64,000 bases of DNA, from assembly GCA_963725575.1 (NCBI GenBank), contig CAVRZQ010000034.1, positions 32,949 through 96,948 on the forward strand, given 5' to 3'. The position numbers were made by a program, and so were the translations under genes. The notes beneath the pieces are model-generated. The model saw only the letters and a program-made list of their open reading frames with translations, was not told the origin of the DNA and did no database searches. This stretch comes from an uncultured Acidobacteriota bacterium (GTDB lineage: Bacteria > Acidobacteriota > Terriglobia > Terriglobales > Acidobacteriaceae). Positions 51,114-60,642 of this stretch are shown here, piece by piece. Position 1 is the stretch's first letter. Every line of letters starts with the position of its first letter.

Positions 51114-51372
51114 GCGTACCCACAGGAACTCCCCCCAAGGTTACTTCCGGGCCACGCTTGCTCCCGAACTAGACGTGCCCTACAGTGCTTAATGTATTTC
51201 TCTTCAAGGTCTTGCATGGCCAAGGGAGTAATGGTTACCTTGGGTTACTTTGGTACATTGATCCGTTGAGCAGATTTGTTAAGGTTAAACGGCAAAAGAA
51301 TTTCTTTGTGCCGGGCCGTAGGGTCCGCCGTTTTGACGCCGAGCATCGGACGGTGGATGGCAAAGAAAGCTG

Positions 51373-52305
51373 ATGAGTCCGACCTCCCATTTCGCGTACT
51401 ACGCCCTCTGGTTCGCCCATCCGGCGCTGCAGGCGTCCCTGGTGGGCATCATGCTGTGGCGCAAACTGCATCGGACCTTCCCGATGTTCTTCGGCTACGT
51501 GGTCTTCCAACTCATTGTGTTCGCGATCACGTTTCCTTTGAACAACGCGCGCTTCTACACGGTGTTCTTTTATGCTTGCTGGGCGACCACGGCGGTCAGC
51601 GTCGTTCTGGGCTTCCGCGTCATCCACGAGATTTTTCTCGATGTGTTCCGGCCCTATGACACCCTGCGCGATCTTGGCTCGGTGCTGTTCAAATGGGCGG
51701 GCCTGGTCATGCTGATGGTCGCGGGTGTGGTAGCGGCGTCCACAGCTTCAGGAACCGAGGATCCGCTGCAGGCCGGCATCATGACCCTGGAGCGCAGCGT
51801 GCGTGTCGTGCAGTGCGGCCTCATCCTGTTCTTGTTGGTTTTTTCCCGTTATCTGGGAACGAACTGGCGGCAGAAGAGCTTTGGCATTGCTCTCGGCTTC
51901 GGCGCCTTCGCCAGTGTGGAGCTTTCTCTGATCGCCTTGAACGCCTCTACCGGCAACGTCTTCAACCAGGTGCTCAGCAGCTTCATAAACATGACCGCTT
52001 ACAACATCACGATTTTCATCTGGATGGGATACATGCTGGCGAAGAGCCCGGCGCGCGCGCCCGCGGCCCACATGCTGCGGCCGCAGCGTTGGGAGGAGGG
52101 CTTGAGCGCGATCCAACATCCCCAGTCCGCCGACTCGTTGATCCCGATGTTTGAAAGCATGGTGGACCGCGCCTTGTCGCGCACCAATGGCGAACCTCCG
52201 CCAGCCAACGCCGAGGTCGAGCAGATGCCTGTCTCCGAGAGCGTCTCGCGACGCGTCAAGTTCGATTACCCATCCCTGCCCCAACGCGTGGCATCCAAGA
52301 GCTAG
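51373..52305 (+). CDS. Hypothetical 7-TM membrane protein with soluble C-terminal tail
   Basis: Seven hydrophobic helices by eye, then an approximately 90-aa polar tail. No family recognised. Confidence 0.6.
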   Translation: MSPTSHFAYYALWFAHPALQASLVGIMLWRKLHRTFPMFFGYVVFQLIVFAITFPLNNARFYTVFFYACWATTAVSVVLGFRVIHEIFLDVFRPYDTLRDLGSVLFKWAGLVMLMVAGVVAASTASGTEDPLQAGIMTLERSVRVVQCGLILFLLVFSRYLGTNWRQKSFGIALGFGAFASVELSLIALNASTGNVFNQVLSSFINMTAYNITIFIWMGYMLAKSPARAPAAHMLRPQRWEEGLSAIQHPQSADSLIPMFESMVDRALSRTNGEPPPANAEVEQMPVSESVSRRVKFDYPSLPQRVASKS

Positions 52306-52672
52306 TCGTAGTTCCCGATCGTCCCCAATCACCCCGTTAGACAACGGATCGGCAAGTCCGAAGGAAGGGCTTCGCCTCGTCCTCACCTGTCGGACGTCCA
52401 CCCTTGCTAAGGACAAGGTGCCCTCAGGACCGCCCCGCAGGATGCCGGCGCTACTTCGGTGGCTGCTGGAGAAATCCGAGGAGAACACAGGTTATCTTGC
52501 CCGGACGCTCGGCCGAGAGTCTAGGTCGGGTTCCAAGACGGATGTCAAGTTGAGACGATCTTTGACGAGCCTACAGAATTTCCTGTAGTTTCGCTTGACT
52601 TGGGTCGTATAATTCGGGCGCGCGTCGGTACCCCCATCACTCGAGGGCACTTACGCGCAAGGAGAGAACCCA

Positions 52673-52819
52673 ATGAAGCGAACGATCAGGGCACTGTTCC
52701 TGATGTTAGCGTTCGTGAGCACATATGTAGCAGCTGCCGCCCCTAGAGTTCCCGCTCCGGACGGTGGACCGCTACCCATGTGCCCACCTCGCAAAGGACC
52801 AAATTGCAGCCTGAGCTAG
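52673..52819 (+). CDS. Small secreted Pro/Cys peptide precursor (48 aa), hypothetical
   Basis: Not in the track. AAGGAGAG SD lies 6 nt before the ATG. MKRTIRALFLMLAFVSTYVAAAA|PRVPAPDGGPLPMCPPRKGPNCSLS*. Followed by a good terminator. Confidence 0.4.
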   Translation: MKRTIRALFLMLAFVSTYVAAAAPRVPAPDGGPLPMCPPRKGPNCSLS

Positions 52820-52882
52820 AAAACTGCAAGGTCACGAAAGTAACCTCTGGGTAACATAGCAGTTTCGAAATCTTGAGATCTG

Positions 52883-52924
52883 GGGCCGGTTCGAGCTTAA
52901 AGACTCGTGCCGGCCCTCTTTTTT
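52883..52924 (+). terminator. Rho-independent terminator
   Basis: GGGCCGGttCGAG-cttaaaga-CTCGtgCCGGCCC followed by TCTTTTTT. Confidence 0.65.
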
Positions 52925-52963
52925 GCAGAGTCTATCTTCTAGAGAATTTCGCGGACTGTCGAT

Positions 52964-55096
52964 CTACACGGATCGGACGACAGCGCGCAGGATCTGTTTC
53001 AATTGCTCCGGATCGGATACCGGCGGCTGGCAGCTGAAACCGGAACAGACGACTGCGGTCGCGGCGTTTTCGCGAATGCCGGGCAGGCCCGGAATGGTCG
53101 CTGCCAGCGCCGGCGGCAAGTTCTGTGCGACCGTCTCGTTGGGCGTCAGCTTGAGTGCGGCCTGGTTAAATGCGAACAGCGCAGTAGCAGCCTGCAGCAG
53201 GCGCTCCGCTTTTTCGCCTTCGCCCACGATGACCGCTTGAGTGTGCGGCTGCGAAAAATGCACGGCGGCGATGCCGAAGGTGGCTCCAAAAATTCCGTAT
53301 TGGCCCGCCATCCCGGCGAACACTTCCATCGTTTCCTCCGCCCGGTCGCGGTAACTTTCTTCATTCGTATACGCATGCATGCGCAGCAGCGCAATCGCGG
53401 CCACGGAATTGCCCGCCGGGGTAGGCGAGTCCTGGAAAGGCTTGCGCCGCGCCGACAGAACTCCCAGCGCCTTGCCTTCATTCCTGGTCTCGGTGTCGAA
53501 AAATCCGCCCGCGACCGGATCGAAAAACTTCTTGACCATCGCATCCGTGATTCCCCGGGCGAATTTGAAATAGGAAAGGTCCGCGCTTGCTTCGTACGCG
53601 TCCAGGCAGGCCACGGCCGTGAAGGCGTAGTCGTCCAGCAGGCCGCGCACCTCGCGCCGCGCAGCCTTGGGATCGGAATACGCGAGCACGTGCAGCAGTC
53701 CCTGCTCCGGCCGCCACGCTTCGGCCAGCACGCGGTCGAGCGAGCGCAGCGCGAAGTGGCGGGCAGGTTCGCTCTCCAAGACCTTCGCGGCCTCCAGATA
53801 GGCCGAGACGCACAGGCCGTTCCAGCCCACGTACACCGTCTTATCCACATAGGGCGTCGGCCGCGCCAGCCGGGCGGCATACATCTTCTTCGTCGCCGAG
53901 GCCAGCAATTCTTCCACCTTCTGCGGCGCCACGCGCAAGCGTGCCGCCATCTCCTCGATCGAGGCACGCACATACAGAACGTTTTTCGCCGGGTCGTGGT
54001 GCATCTCGCCGACTTCGTTGATGTCGAAGCGCAACATGGCGACTTCGGCTTCCTGCGCGCTGAGAATTGCTTTGGTCTCAGCCACCGTCCAGGTGAAATA
54101 GTCGCCGTCGTCCTCCATCGAATGATCGGCGTCCTGCGAAGCGTAGAAGCCGCCGCGTTCGCGGTCACTGAGCCACTCGTCCATCCAGCGGATGATGTCG
54201 CGCGCCACGTTCGCGAAGAACTCAGAACCGGTCGCCTGGTAGGCGTGCACGTAGTTCTTGAGCAGTTCGGAATTGTCGTAGCACATCTTCTCGAAGTGCG
54301 GGACCACCCAGCGCTCATCCACCGAGTAACGGTGAAAGCCTCCCGCCAGTTGGTCATACATGCCGCCCTTGGCCATGTGTTCGAGCGTGGTCACGAACAC
54401 ATGCTTGACCTGCTCGTCACCGGTGCGCGCGTAGTGCTCAATCAGAAGATCGAGCGCGGCCGGGTGCGGAAATTTCGGAGCCTGACCGAAGCCGCCATTC
54501 TTCTCGTCGAACATGCCGACGGCCGCCTTCACGATGCTGGCAATCACGCTGGCCGAGAAGCGCCCGCTGCGCCCGGTAAACGATTCGGCCTGCGCGATGG
54601 CCTGCTCGACCATCTTCGACTGCTCGCTGACGTCGGCATGTTTCTCGCGGTAAGCGGCCGCGATCGACGTCAATACGCGCTTGAAGCTGGGCCGTCCCCA
54701 CTGGTCCTGGGGCGGAAAATACGTGCCCCCGTAGAAGGGTTTCCCCGCGGGCGTTAGAAACGCCGTAAGGGGCCAGCCGCCTTGCCCGCTGATGGCGCTC
54801 ACGGCGGCCTGGTAGCGGCTGTCGATGTCGGGCCGTTCGTCGCGATCCACCTTCACCGCGATGAAATTGTCATTCACGATCTGCGCGACTTCCGGATCGT
54901 CGTACGACTCGCGATCCATGACATGGCACCAGTGACACCACACCGCGCCAATATCGAGCAGCATCGGTTTGTTCTCACGCTGCGCGGTCGCGAAGGCATC
55001 TTCGCCCCACTCGTGCCAGCGGATCGGCTGGTGCATGGCGGAACGCAGGTATGCGGAAGAGGCTTGCGCGAGCGAGTTAGGAGAGTGAGAACTCAT
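52964..55096 (-). CDS. Thioredoxin-domain protein YyaL/DUF255 (N-terminal Trx fold + six-hairpin glycosidase-like domain)
   Basis: MSSHSPNSLAQ..IRWHEWGEDAF..KPMLLDIGAVWCHWCHVMDRESY..VKVDRDERPDID.. Start set at 55096; the track ORF runs to 55588. Intact, 710 aa. Confidence 0.85.
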   Translation of the reverse strand: MSSHSPNSLAQASSAYLRSAMHQPIRWHEWGEDAFATAQRENKPMLLDIGAVWCHWCHVMDRESYDDPEVAQIVNDNFIAVKVDRDERPDIDSRYQAAVSAISGQGGWPLTAFLTPAGKPFYGGTYFPPQDQWGRPSFKRVLTSIAAAYREKHADVSEQSKMVEQAIAQAESFTGRSGRFSASVIASIVKAAVGMFDEKNGGFGQAPKFPHPAALDLLIEHYARTGDEQVKHVFVTTLEHMAKGGMYDQLAGGFHRYSVDERWVVPHFEKMCYDNSELLKNYVHAYQATGSEFFANVARDIIRWMDEWLSDRERGGFYASQDADHSMEDDGDYFTWTVAETKAILSAQEAEVAMLRFDINEVGEMHHDPAKNVLYVRASIEEMAARLRVAPQKVEELLASATKKMYAARLARPTPYVDKTVYVGWNGLCVSAYLEAAKVLESEPARHFALRSLDRVLAEAWRPEQGLLHVLAYSDPKAARREVRGLLDDYAFTAVACLDAYEASADLSYFKFARGITDAMVKKFFDPVAGGFFDTETRNEGKALGVLSARRKPFQDSPTPAGNSVAAIALLRMHAYTNEESYRDRAEETMEVFAGMAGQYGIFGATFGIAAVHFSQPHTQAVIVGEGEKAERLLQAATALFAFNQAALKLTPNETVAQNLPPALAATIPGLPGIRENAATAVVCSGFSCQPPVSDPEQLKQILRAVVRSV

Positions 55097-55192
55097 GATA
55101 TCTACAGTGTAATTGCTTTGCGCCAGGCCCGCGCAGGCCGGAGCATGACGCCTGATATATTCTGCGTGGACACCGGTCAGGGAGGGCCGATC

Positions 55193-56206
55193 ATGAAACG
55201 AATTGCAAGGTGGTTGCTGATCAGCGCTGTGACGTTGGCAATCCTGTTGGCAATTGCCATCAGCCTGACCATCGGCTGGCGTCCGTTCTGCGGACCCAGA
55301 GCGCGTCCGCTCACCCAACGCACCTTCGAGCGCACGCCGCAGCGGCTGGAGCGCGGCCGCTACATCGCGACCGCTTTGAGCGGTTGCACCTACTGCCATT
55401 CCCCGCATGACTGGACCGCCCCGGGCACGCCCGCGATTCCCAACAAGGAAGGGGCTGGTGAAATCGAGCCCTACGCCGATCTTCCCGGACGCGTGGTCGC
55501 TCCTAATCTCACGCCTGACCCGGAGACCGGCGCCGGCCGTTGGACCGATGACCAACTGGCCCGCGCCATCCGCGAAGGCGTCGGTCATGATGGCCGCGCC
55601 CTCTTTCCATTAATGCCCTACCAACACTATCGCGAAATGTCCGACGAAGACCTGGCATCGGTCATCGTCTACTTGCGCTCCCTGCCGGCCGTACGCAACC
55701 ATCTCCCGAAAACCGAAATCATCTTCCCGGTGAAATACCTGATCCGCAGCGTACCCCAGCCGGTGACCTCGCCGGTCGCGCCCGCGGCTTCCTCCGACCC
55801 CGTGCTGCGCGGCGCGTACCTCGTGAACATGGCCGGCTGCGGGGACTGTCACACGGCGCAGGTGAAGGGACAGAACGTGCCCGGCATGGCGTTTGCCGGC
55901 GGCTTCCCATTCCCGGGCCCCTGGGGCGACGTCGCGAGCGCGAACATCACGCCGGATGCCTCGGGAATCTCCTATTACGACGAAGCTCTCTTCCTCGAAG
56001 TCCTGCACACCGGCCAGGTGAAAGCGCGCAAACTGAGTCCCATCATGCCCATCAAGGTCTACCAGAACCTCACCGACAACGACCTGACGGCGATGTTTGC
56101 CTACCTGCGCACGCTCAAGCCGGTGAAGCATCGCGTGGACAATTCTCAACCCGCCACGGCGTGCAAGTTATGCAAGCAGAAACACGGGGCGGGATCGGAA
56201 AACTAG
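55193..56206 (+). CDS. Membrane-anchored di-haem cytochrome c
   Basis: N-terminal TM MKRIARWLLISAVTLAILLAIAI, haem motifs CTYCH and CGDCH. GGGAGGG SD precedes ATG 55193. Confidence 0.8.
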   Translation: MKRIARWLLISAVTLAILLAIAISLTIGWRPFCGPRARPLTQRTFERTPQRLERGRYIATALSGCTYCHSPHDWTAPGTPAIPNKEGAGEIEPYADLPGRVVAPNLTPDPETGAGRWTDDQLARAIREGVGHDGRALFPLMPYQHYREMSDEDLASVIVYLRSLPAVRNHLPKTEIIFPVKYLIRSVPQPVTSPVAPAASSDPVLRGAYLVNMAGCGDCHTAQVKGQNVPGMAFAGGFPFPGPWGDVASANITPDASGISYYDEALFLEVLHTGQVKARKLSPIMPIKVYQNLTDNDLTAMFAYLRTLKPVKHRVDNSQPATACKLCKQKHGAGSEN

Positions 56207-56210
56207 CAAC

Positions 56211-56328
56211 GTCGGTGGAGCGGCGTGCGTCCCCGTCCGCCGGGCGCAGCGCCTCGCAACCTGCCCTGAACGCTAGTTGAAGGGGGCCTCGCCGCTGGAC
56301 GGGCGAGACGCCCGTCCCTCCACCGATC
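56211..56328. repeat. 118-bp GC-rich element with terminal inverted repeats between convergent genes
   Basis: TCGGTGGAG (56212-56220) pairs with CTCCACCGA (56319-56327). Internal hairpin GGACGGGCGagaCGCCCGTCC and palindrome GGCGCaGCGCC. Confidence 0.55.
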
Positions 56329-57337
56329 AGCTCTGCAGCAGCTTTTTCGAGATCCCGCAGTACAGCTCGACCGCCTCGGTCAGTTGCCGCTTCTCCACGT
56401 ACTCGCCGTCGGTATGCGCCACGTGAATGGATCCCGGTCCGACCAGCAGCGGCTCACCCCACTTCGTCAGCGCCGGAATGTCCGTGGTGAAGGCGGCGAC
56501 CATGGTCGGCCAGCCATCCAGTGCGCGAAAGCGCATAAACGGAATCTCAAGATAAAACTCTACCCGGGCCAGGTCGCCCACGGTGTCGACGATCTGCCGC
56601 TTTAACTCTTCCGTCGGCCCCACCAGCCGGTACAGCAAGTGCGCCCTGGCATAATCGGGAATCACGTTGGGCGCGCGCCCGCCTTCAATCAATCCGATGT
56701 TGAAGGTGCAGGGACCAACGTCCCCCGCGGCAGGCAAGGGCATCGCGCGCAGCCGGGTCAGCGCCTGGATCAGCTTATCGATCGCGGACTCTCCGAGTTC
56801 CGGATATGCCGAGTGCGCCATCCGGCCCGATGCGGTCAATTCAATGCGCAGCGTCCCCTTCGAGGCAAGAGCCAGATGGTTCTCGGTGGGCTCGCCGTTA
56901 ATCAGGAAGCGCGCGCCGATGGACTGCTCGTTCGCCTTCTTGGCCCCCTGGCTGTCGCGCTCTTCCCCCACCAGAAAAAGAAGTCCAACCTGAATTCCGT
57001 CCTGGCGCAGCTTTTCCGCCGCGGCGATCTGGATGGCAATGATCCCCTTGGCATCGCACGATCCGCGGCCGTAAACGCGGCGGGCATCTTCGGACGAAGC
57101 AATGAAGGGAGGCACAGTATCCATGTGGGTCGAGAACACGACCGCGGGGTGGGGCTGTTCCGGAGGAGTGGCCAGCACGTTGAACCGGTTGCCCTCGACC
57201 GCCATCTTCCTGGCCTGGTAGCCGAGCCGGCACAGCTCCCGGTAGAGGGCTTCTCCCACCACGGCTTCATTGCCTGTGATGGATTCGATGTCGACCAGTT
57301 GGCGTGTAAGCGCGATGACGTCCATGGGAAAAAGCAT
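56327..57337 (-). CDS. M20 family metallopeptidase (ArgE/DapE-like deacylase)
   Basis: ..VVFSTHMDTVPP..GRGSCDAKG..LFLVGEERDSQG..MAHSAYPELG.. Start at the MLFPMDV ATG (57337). Confidence 0.8.
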   Translation of the reverse strand: MLFPMDVIALTRQLVDIESITGNEAVVGEALYRELCRLGYQARKMAVEGNRFNVLATPPEQPHPAVVFSTHMDTVPPFIASSEDARRVYGRGSCDAKGIIAIQIAAAEKLRQDGIQVGLLFLVGEERDSQGAKKANEQSIGARFLINGEPTENHLALASKGTLRIELTASGRMAHSAYPELGESAIDKLIQALTRLRAMPLPAAGDVGPCTFNIGLIEGGRAPNVIPDYARAHLLYRLVGPTEELKRQIVDTVGDLARVEFYLEIPFMRFRALDGWPTMVAAFTTDIPALTKWGEPLLVGPGSIHVAHTDGEYVEKRQLTEAVELYCGISKKLLQS

Positions 57338-57348
57338 ACCTGAACCAC

Positions 57349-57374
57349 GTAGGGACAGACGCCCTCGTCTGTCC
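57349..57374. repeat. GC-rich hairpin repeat (GTAGGGAC-type)
   Basis: GTAGGGACAGACgccctcGTCTGTCC has an 8-bp stem. Its 5' end matches 32001-32008. Confidence 0.45.
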
Positions 57375-57420
57375 GGCCCGGACTTTCGGCCCGCAACGCC
57401 GACGTTGTAATCTAAACCAC

Positions 57421-58092
57421 GTGCACCAATCCTCCTCCGCCATCCGCTCATTCTTCCTGAACGGTCCCGCAGGCCAGCTGGAAGCGCTGTTGAACGCCGG
57501 CTCTCCCGACGCAACCCATGCGGCCCTGCTATGCCATCCGCATCCCGTATACGGCGGAACGCTGCACAACAAAGTCGTCTTCCATGCCATGAAAGCGCTC
57601 CACGAACTTGGCATGCCCGCGCTGCGCTTCAACTTTCGCGGCGCCGGCCTCAGCCAGGGCGAGCACGATCAGGGCGCGGGTGAAGTCGGCGACGTCCGCA
57701 CCGCCCTCGACTGGCTCGATCAGGAATTCCATCTGCCGATCGTCTTTGCCGGCTTTTCTTTCGGAGCGGCCGTCGGACTGCGCGCCGCGTGCCCCGATCC
57801 CCGAGTGCCCGCTATCATCAGCCTCGGGACACCCATCTCGCCAGTCGATAATCGTTCCTACGACTACGACTTTATGAAGACGTGCGCAAAGCCGAAGCTG
57901 TTCGTCAGCGGATCCCGCGACCAGTTTGCACCTAAAGCGAGGCTGGAGGCCTTGGTGGCGTCCCTCCCCGATCCGAAGAAACTGGTCATCATTGAGGCTG
58001 CCGATCACTTCTTCGAAGGCAGATTGCGTGAGATGCGGGAGGCAATCCTGCAATGGACCTCCGCATTTCTCCAGCCATCCGCCGGTGGTTAG
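57421..58092 (+). CDS. Alpha/beta hydrolase (COG2945-type)
   Basis: LLCHPHPVYGGTLHNKVV..FNFRGAGLSQG..AGFSFGAAV..ADHFF. GTG start. Confidence 0.75.
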   Translation: MHQSSSAIRSFFLNGPAGQLEALLNAGSPDATHAALLCHPHPVYGGTLHNKVVFHAMKALHELGMPALRFNFRGAGLSQGEHDQGAGEVGDVRTALDWLDQEFHLPIVFAGFSFGAAVGLRAACPDPRVPAIISLGTPISPVDNRSYDYDFMKTCAKPKLFVSGSRDQFAPKARLEALVASLPDPKKLVIIEAADHFFEGRLREMREAILQWTSAFLQPSAGG

Positions 58093-58101
58093 GGAGACTT
58101 G

Positions 58102-58309
58102 ATGAGAATGCTTGTCTTCGCCCTTGTTCGCAGTGCTGGATCGGACCGGCGTATCCGTTTGGCAACAATCGGAAGAATGGAAGGATGCTTACAAGCCCTC
58201 GCCGTCCCCTGACCCCATGGGCACTTCCGAGAAGGCTCGCGCGGATTTTCTGCGCACGCATCCCCCAGCGGACCTGGTCGATCGTTTCTTGAAACAAATC
58301 AGTCGCTGA
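58102..58309 (+). CDS. Possible small acidic protein; likely early frameshift
   Basis: GGGAG SD + ATG 58102 opens one frame (MRMLVFA..). The long coherent frame (..FAVLDRTGVSVWQQSEEWKDAYKPSPSPDPMGTSEKARADFLRTHPPADLVDRFLKQ) is offset by one. Confidence 0.35.
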
Positions 58310-58349
58310 GATACTCCGGGGCTTCCAGTCCTGATATTTTCATACCAGC

Positions 58350-59667
58350 ATGTCTGCCTCCGCCTCCGACTCTTCCATGCGCGCAACCACTCGCGATATC
58401 TTCCGATACGCTCTGCAGCAAGCCTCCATCCCTAAGGCCTTCGCTCGCCACGTGCATTGTGAGCGGGGCATCCTGCGCGTGTGCGACGATCTCTACGATT
58501 TGAACGCCTACTCGCGAGTGTTCGTGGTTTCGATCGGGAAGGCGGGCCACACTCTGGTCGAGGCGCTGGAGGGGCAGGTGGGCAGCCGCCTGGAGGGAAT
58601 TGTCGCGAGCTCGGTTGATCCTGGTTCCCAGCTCCACGGCTTTCGCTACTTCCGCGGCGGGCATCCCACGCCGAACGCCGATTCCCTGCGCGCGGCGGAA
58701 GCGATTCTGAAATCGCTCCATGCGCAGACTGCGTCTTCGCTGGTCATCTTCATGCTCAGCGGCGGTGGTTCGGCCATCGCCGAGAAGCCGATCGATGATG
58801 AAATCTCGCTCGACGATCTGGTCGCGACCTACCGCGCACTGGTGCATTCCGGCGCGCCCATCGCGGAGATTAACGCCATCCGCAAACATCTTTCTGCGGT
58901 CAAGGGGGGACGCCTGGCGCAGGCCGCCTATCCGGCGCAGCAGGTTTCGATGCTGGTCTCCGACGTGCCTGACAGCACGCTCGACGCGCTCGCCTCCGGC
59001 CCGACCATGCCGGACTCGACCAGCGTCACCGATTGCTACGCAATCGTCGAGAAGTATCGCCTGCTGGAACAGTTTCCCGCTTCGGTCCGTGAATTGTTCC
59101 AGCGCCATGCGCTCGAGGAAACGCCCAAGTCGGACGATCCCGCGTTCGTGCGCGCCCGCTGGTGGCCGGTGCTGTCGAACAAGACGGCAGTCGACGAAGC
59201 AGGAGTTGCCGGCGACCCGCCAAGGCTTCGCGGTCGACGTCGATAACAGCTGTGATGATTGGGACTACCGGCGCGCCGCGGATTACTTGCTCGAACGACT
59301 GCGGAAACTGCGCCAGAGCGTCTCGCGAGTGTGCCTGATTTCGGGTGGCGAGGTCACGGTGAAAGTCACCAATGGGGGCGCCGGAGGTCGGAACCAGCAG
59401 TTCGCGCTTTACTGCGCGCAAAAGATTGCAGGCGAGAACATCACGGTGCTGAGCGCGGGGACCGACGGCATCGACGGCAACAGCCCTGCTGCCGGCGCGG
59501 TGGCCGATGGCGGCACCGTGGAAAGGGCAAGAGCCGCCGGGTTCGATCCCGCGGCGGTCCTTGGAAGTTTCAATGCGTATCCCTTGTTCGACGCGCTGGG
59601 CGATGCCATCATCACCGGCCCGACCGGCAACAACGTGCGCGACCTGCGCATCCTGCTCGCTTACTGA
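58350..59667 (+). CDS. Glycerate 2-kinase / hydroxypyruvate-reductase-like (MOFRL family); one frameshift
   Basis: ..VVSIGKAGHTL..GGHPTPN..LSGGGSA..INAIRKHLSAVKGGRLA.., then after a switch near 59205 ..ISGGEVTVKV..GGRNQQFAL..AGTDGIDGNSPAAGA..TGPTGNNVRDL.. Confidence 0.8.
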
Positions 59668-59676
59668 AGCCTCTGC

Positions 59677-59893
59677 TCACCACCGAGTCACAGAGTCACA
59701 GAGAAAACCGGGCACGAAAACTGAAAGCGCTCATGGTGAGGCGGGCGTCTCCGCCCGCCAGCATCGGAGGTCTGTATCGGGATTTATGTTCGGGGCCTCG
59801 ACGCAAGAACGACGGGCGAGGACGCCCGTCGCTCCACGAACGAAGATGAATTGAGGGTGTTGTCTGGTTTTTTCTGTGCCTCTGTGGTGAACG
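59677..59893. repeat. About 215-bp unit bounded by imperfect CACAGAG-type inverted repeats, containing two GC-rich hairpins
   Basis: Left TCACCACCGAGTCACAGAGTCACAGAGAAAACC pairs with the reverse complement of the right arm, TCACCACAGAGGCACAGAAAAAACC. Inside are GGCGGGCGtctcCGCCCGCC and GACGGGCGaggaCGCCCGTCGCTCC. Confidence 0.55.
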
Positions 59894-59919
59894 ATCTTAG
59901 TTGTCGGGGCAGGCCCAAA

Positions 59920-60408
59920 CTAAGCCGTCTTCTTCTGCTGCATTTGCTTGGCCATGTCGGCTTGCGCTTTCTCCATCTCGGCCGGAGAGACATCGCGCAC
60001 GTGCGTCGCCAGGGCCCACTTGAAACCGTACGGGTCGAGGACATGGCCGTAGCGGTCGCCCCAGAACTGATCCATGAGCGGCATCTTCACGACCGCGCCG
60101 GCGGCCACCGCCTGCGCAAACATCTTGTCAACATCTTCCACGTATACGTTGATCGCGAAGCCGGAGGCCTCTCCGCGGGGCCCAAGCGAGCCGCCCCACT
60201 CCGGAAACTCGTCATTCAGCATAAGGATTGAATCGCCAATCTTCAGCGAGGCATGCATCACTTTACCGTTCGGTGTGTGGCTGACGTGCAGGACCTGCGC
60301 GTTCAGCGCTTTCTTGTAGAACTCGATGGCGCCGGACGCATCGCGCACCGTGATGTGAGGAGTGAGAGTGTGAAAGCCTTCAGGAATGGGTTTTACTTTG
60401 TCGGGCAT
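59920..60408 (-). CDS. VOC (glyoxalase/PhnB-like) family protein
   Basis: MPDKVKPIPEGFHTLTPHITV..AIEFYKKALNA..MHASLKIGDSILMLNDEFPE..FWGDRYGHVLDPYGFKWALATH. AAGGAGG SD. Confidence 0.8.
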   Translation of the reverse strand: MPDKVKPIPEGFHTLTPHITVRDASGAIEFYKKALNAQVLHVSHTPNGKVMHASLKIGDSILMLNDEFPEWGGSLGPRGEASGFAINVYVEDVDKMFAQAVAAGAVVKMPLMDQFWGDRYGHVLDPYGFKWALATHVRDVSPAEMEKAQADMAKQMQQKKTA

Positions 60409-60642
60409 GGAACCTCCTTGAAAGAAGCAGTTTCGAATGGTTCGAGGCGGGAACCGACCGCTGAAGTCTACTCTCCGCCCGAAACCAAGTTCAAGCGGCA
60501 AAGCCACTCAGAAGGGCAAGCAGTGTGTTATGTCAATGTGCTGCGGAATTTGTGCCAGAAGCCAATGAGGATATTGTGTGTAAGCTACGAATGGCAGAAC
60601 GTCATCCGTGAAATAGGTTTGCCTGACACCTGAGACCTGCCC

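Noticed and set aside
53003-54757. 584-aa ORF antisense to the YyaL/DUF255 gene
   Set aside because: Shadow ORF with no recognisable motif. The minus strand is an intact 710-aa thioredoxin-domain protein.
55097-55588. Upstream extension of the YyaL ORF, and the 54782 start of the cytochrome c ORF
   Set aside because: Both extensions overlap the divergent neighbour. Proper starts with sensible N-termini are at 55096 (MSSHSPNSL) and 55193 (SD + MKRIARWLL TM anchor).
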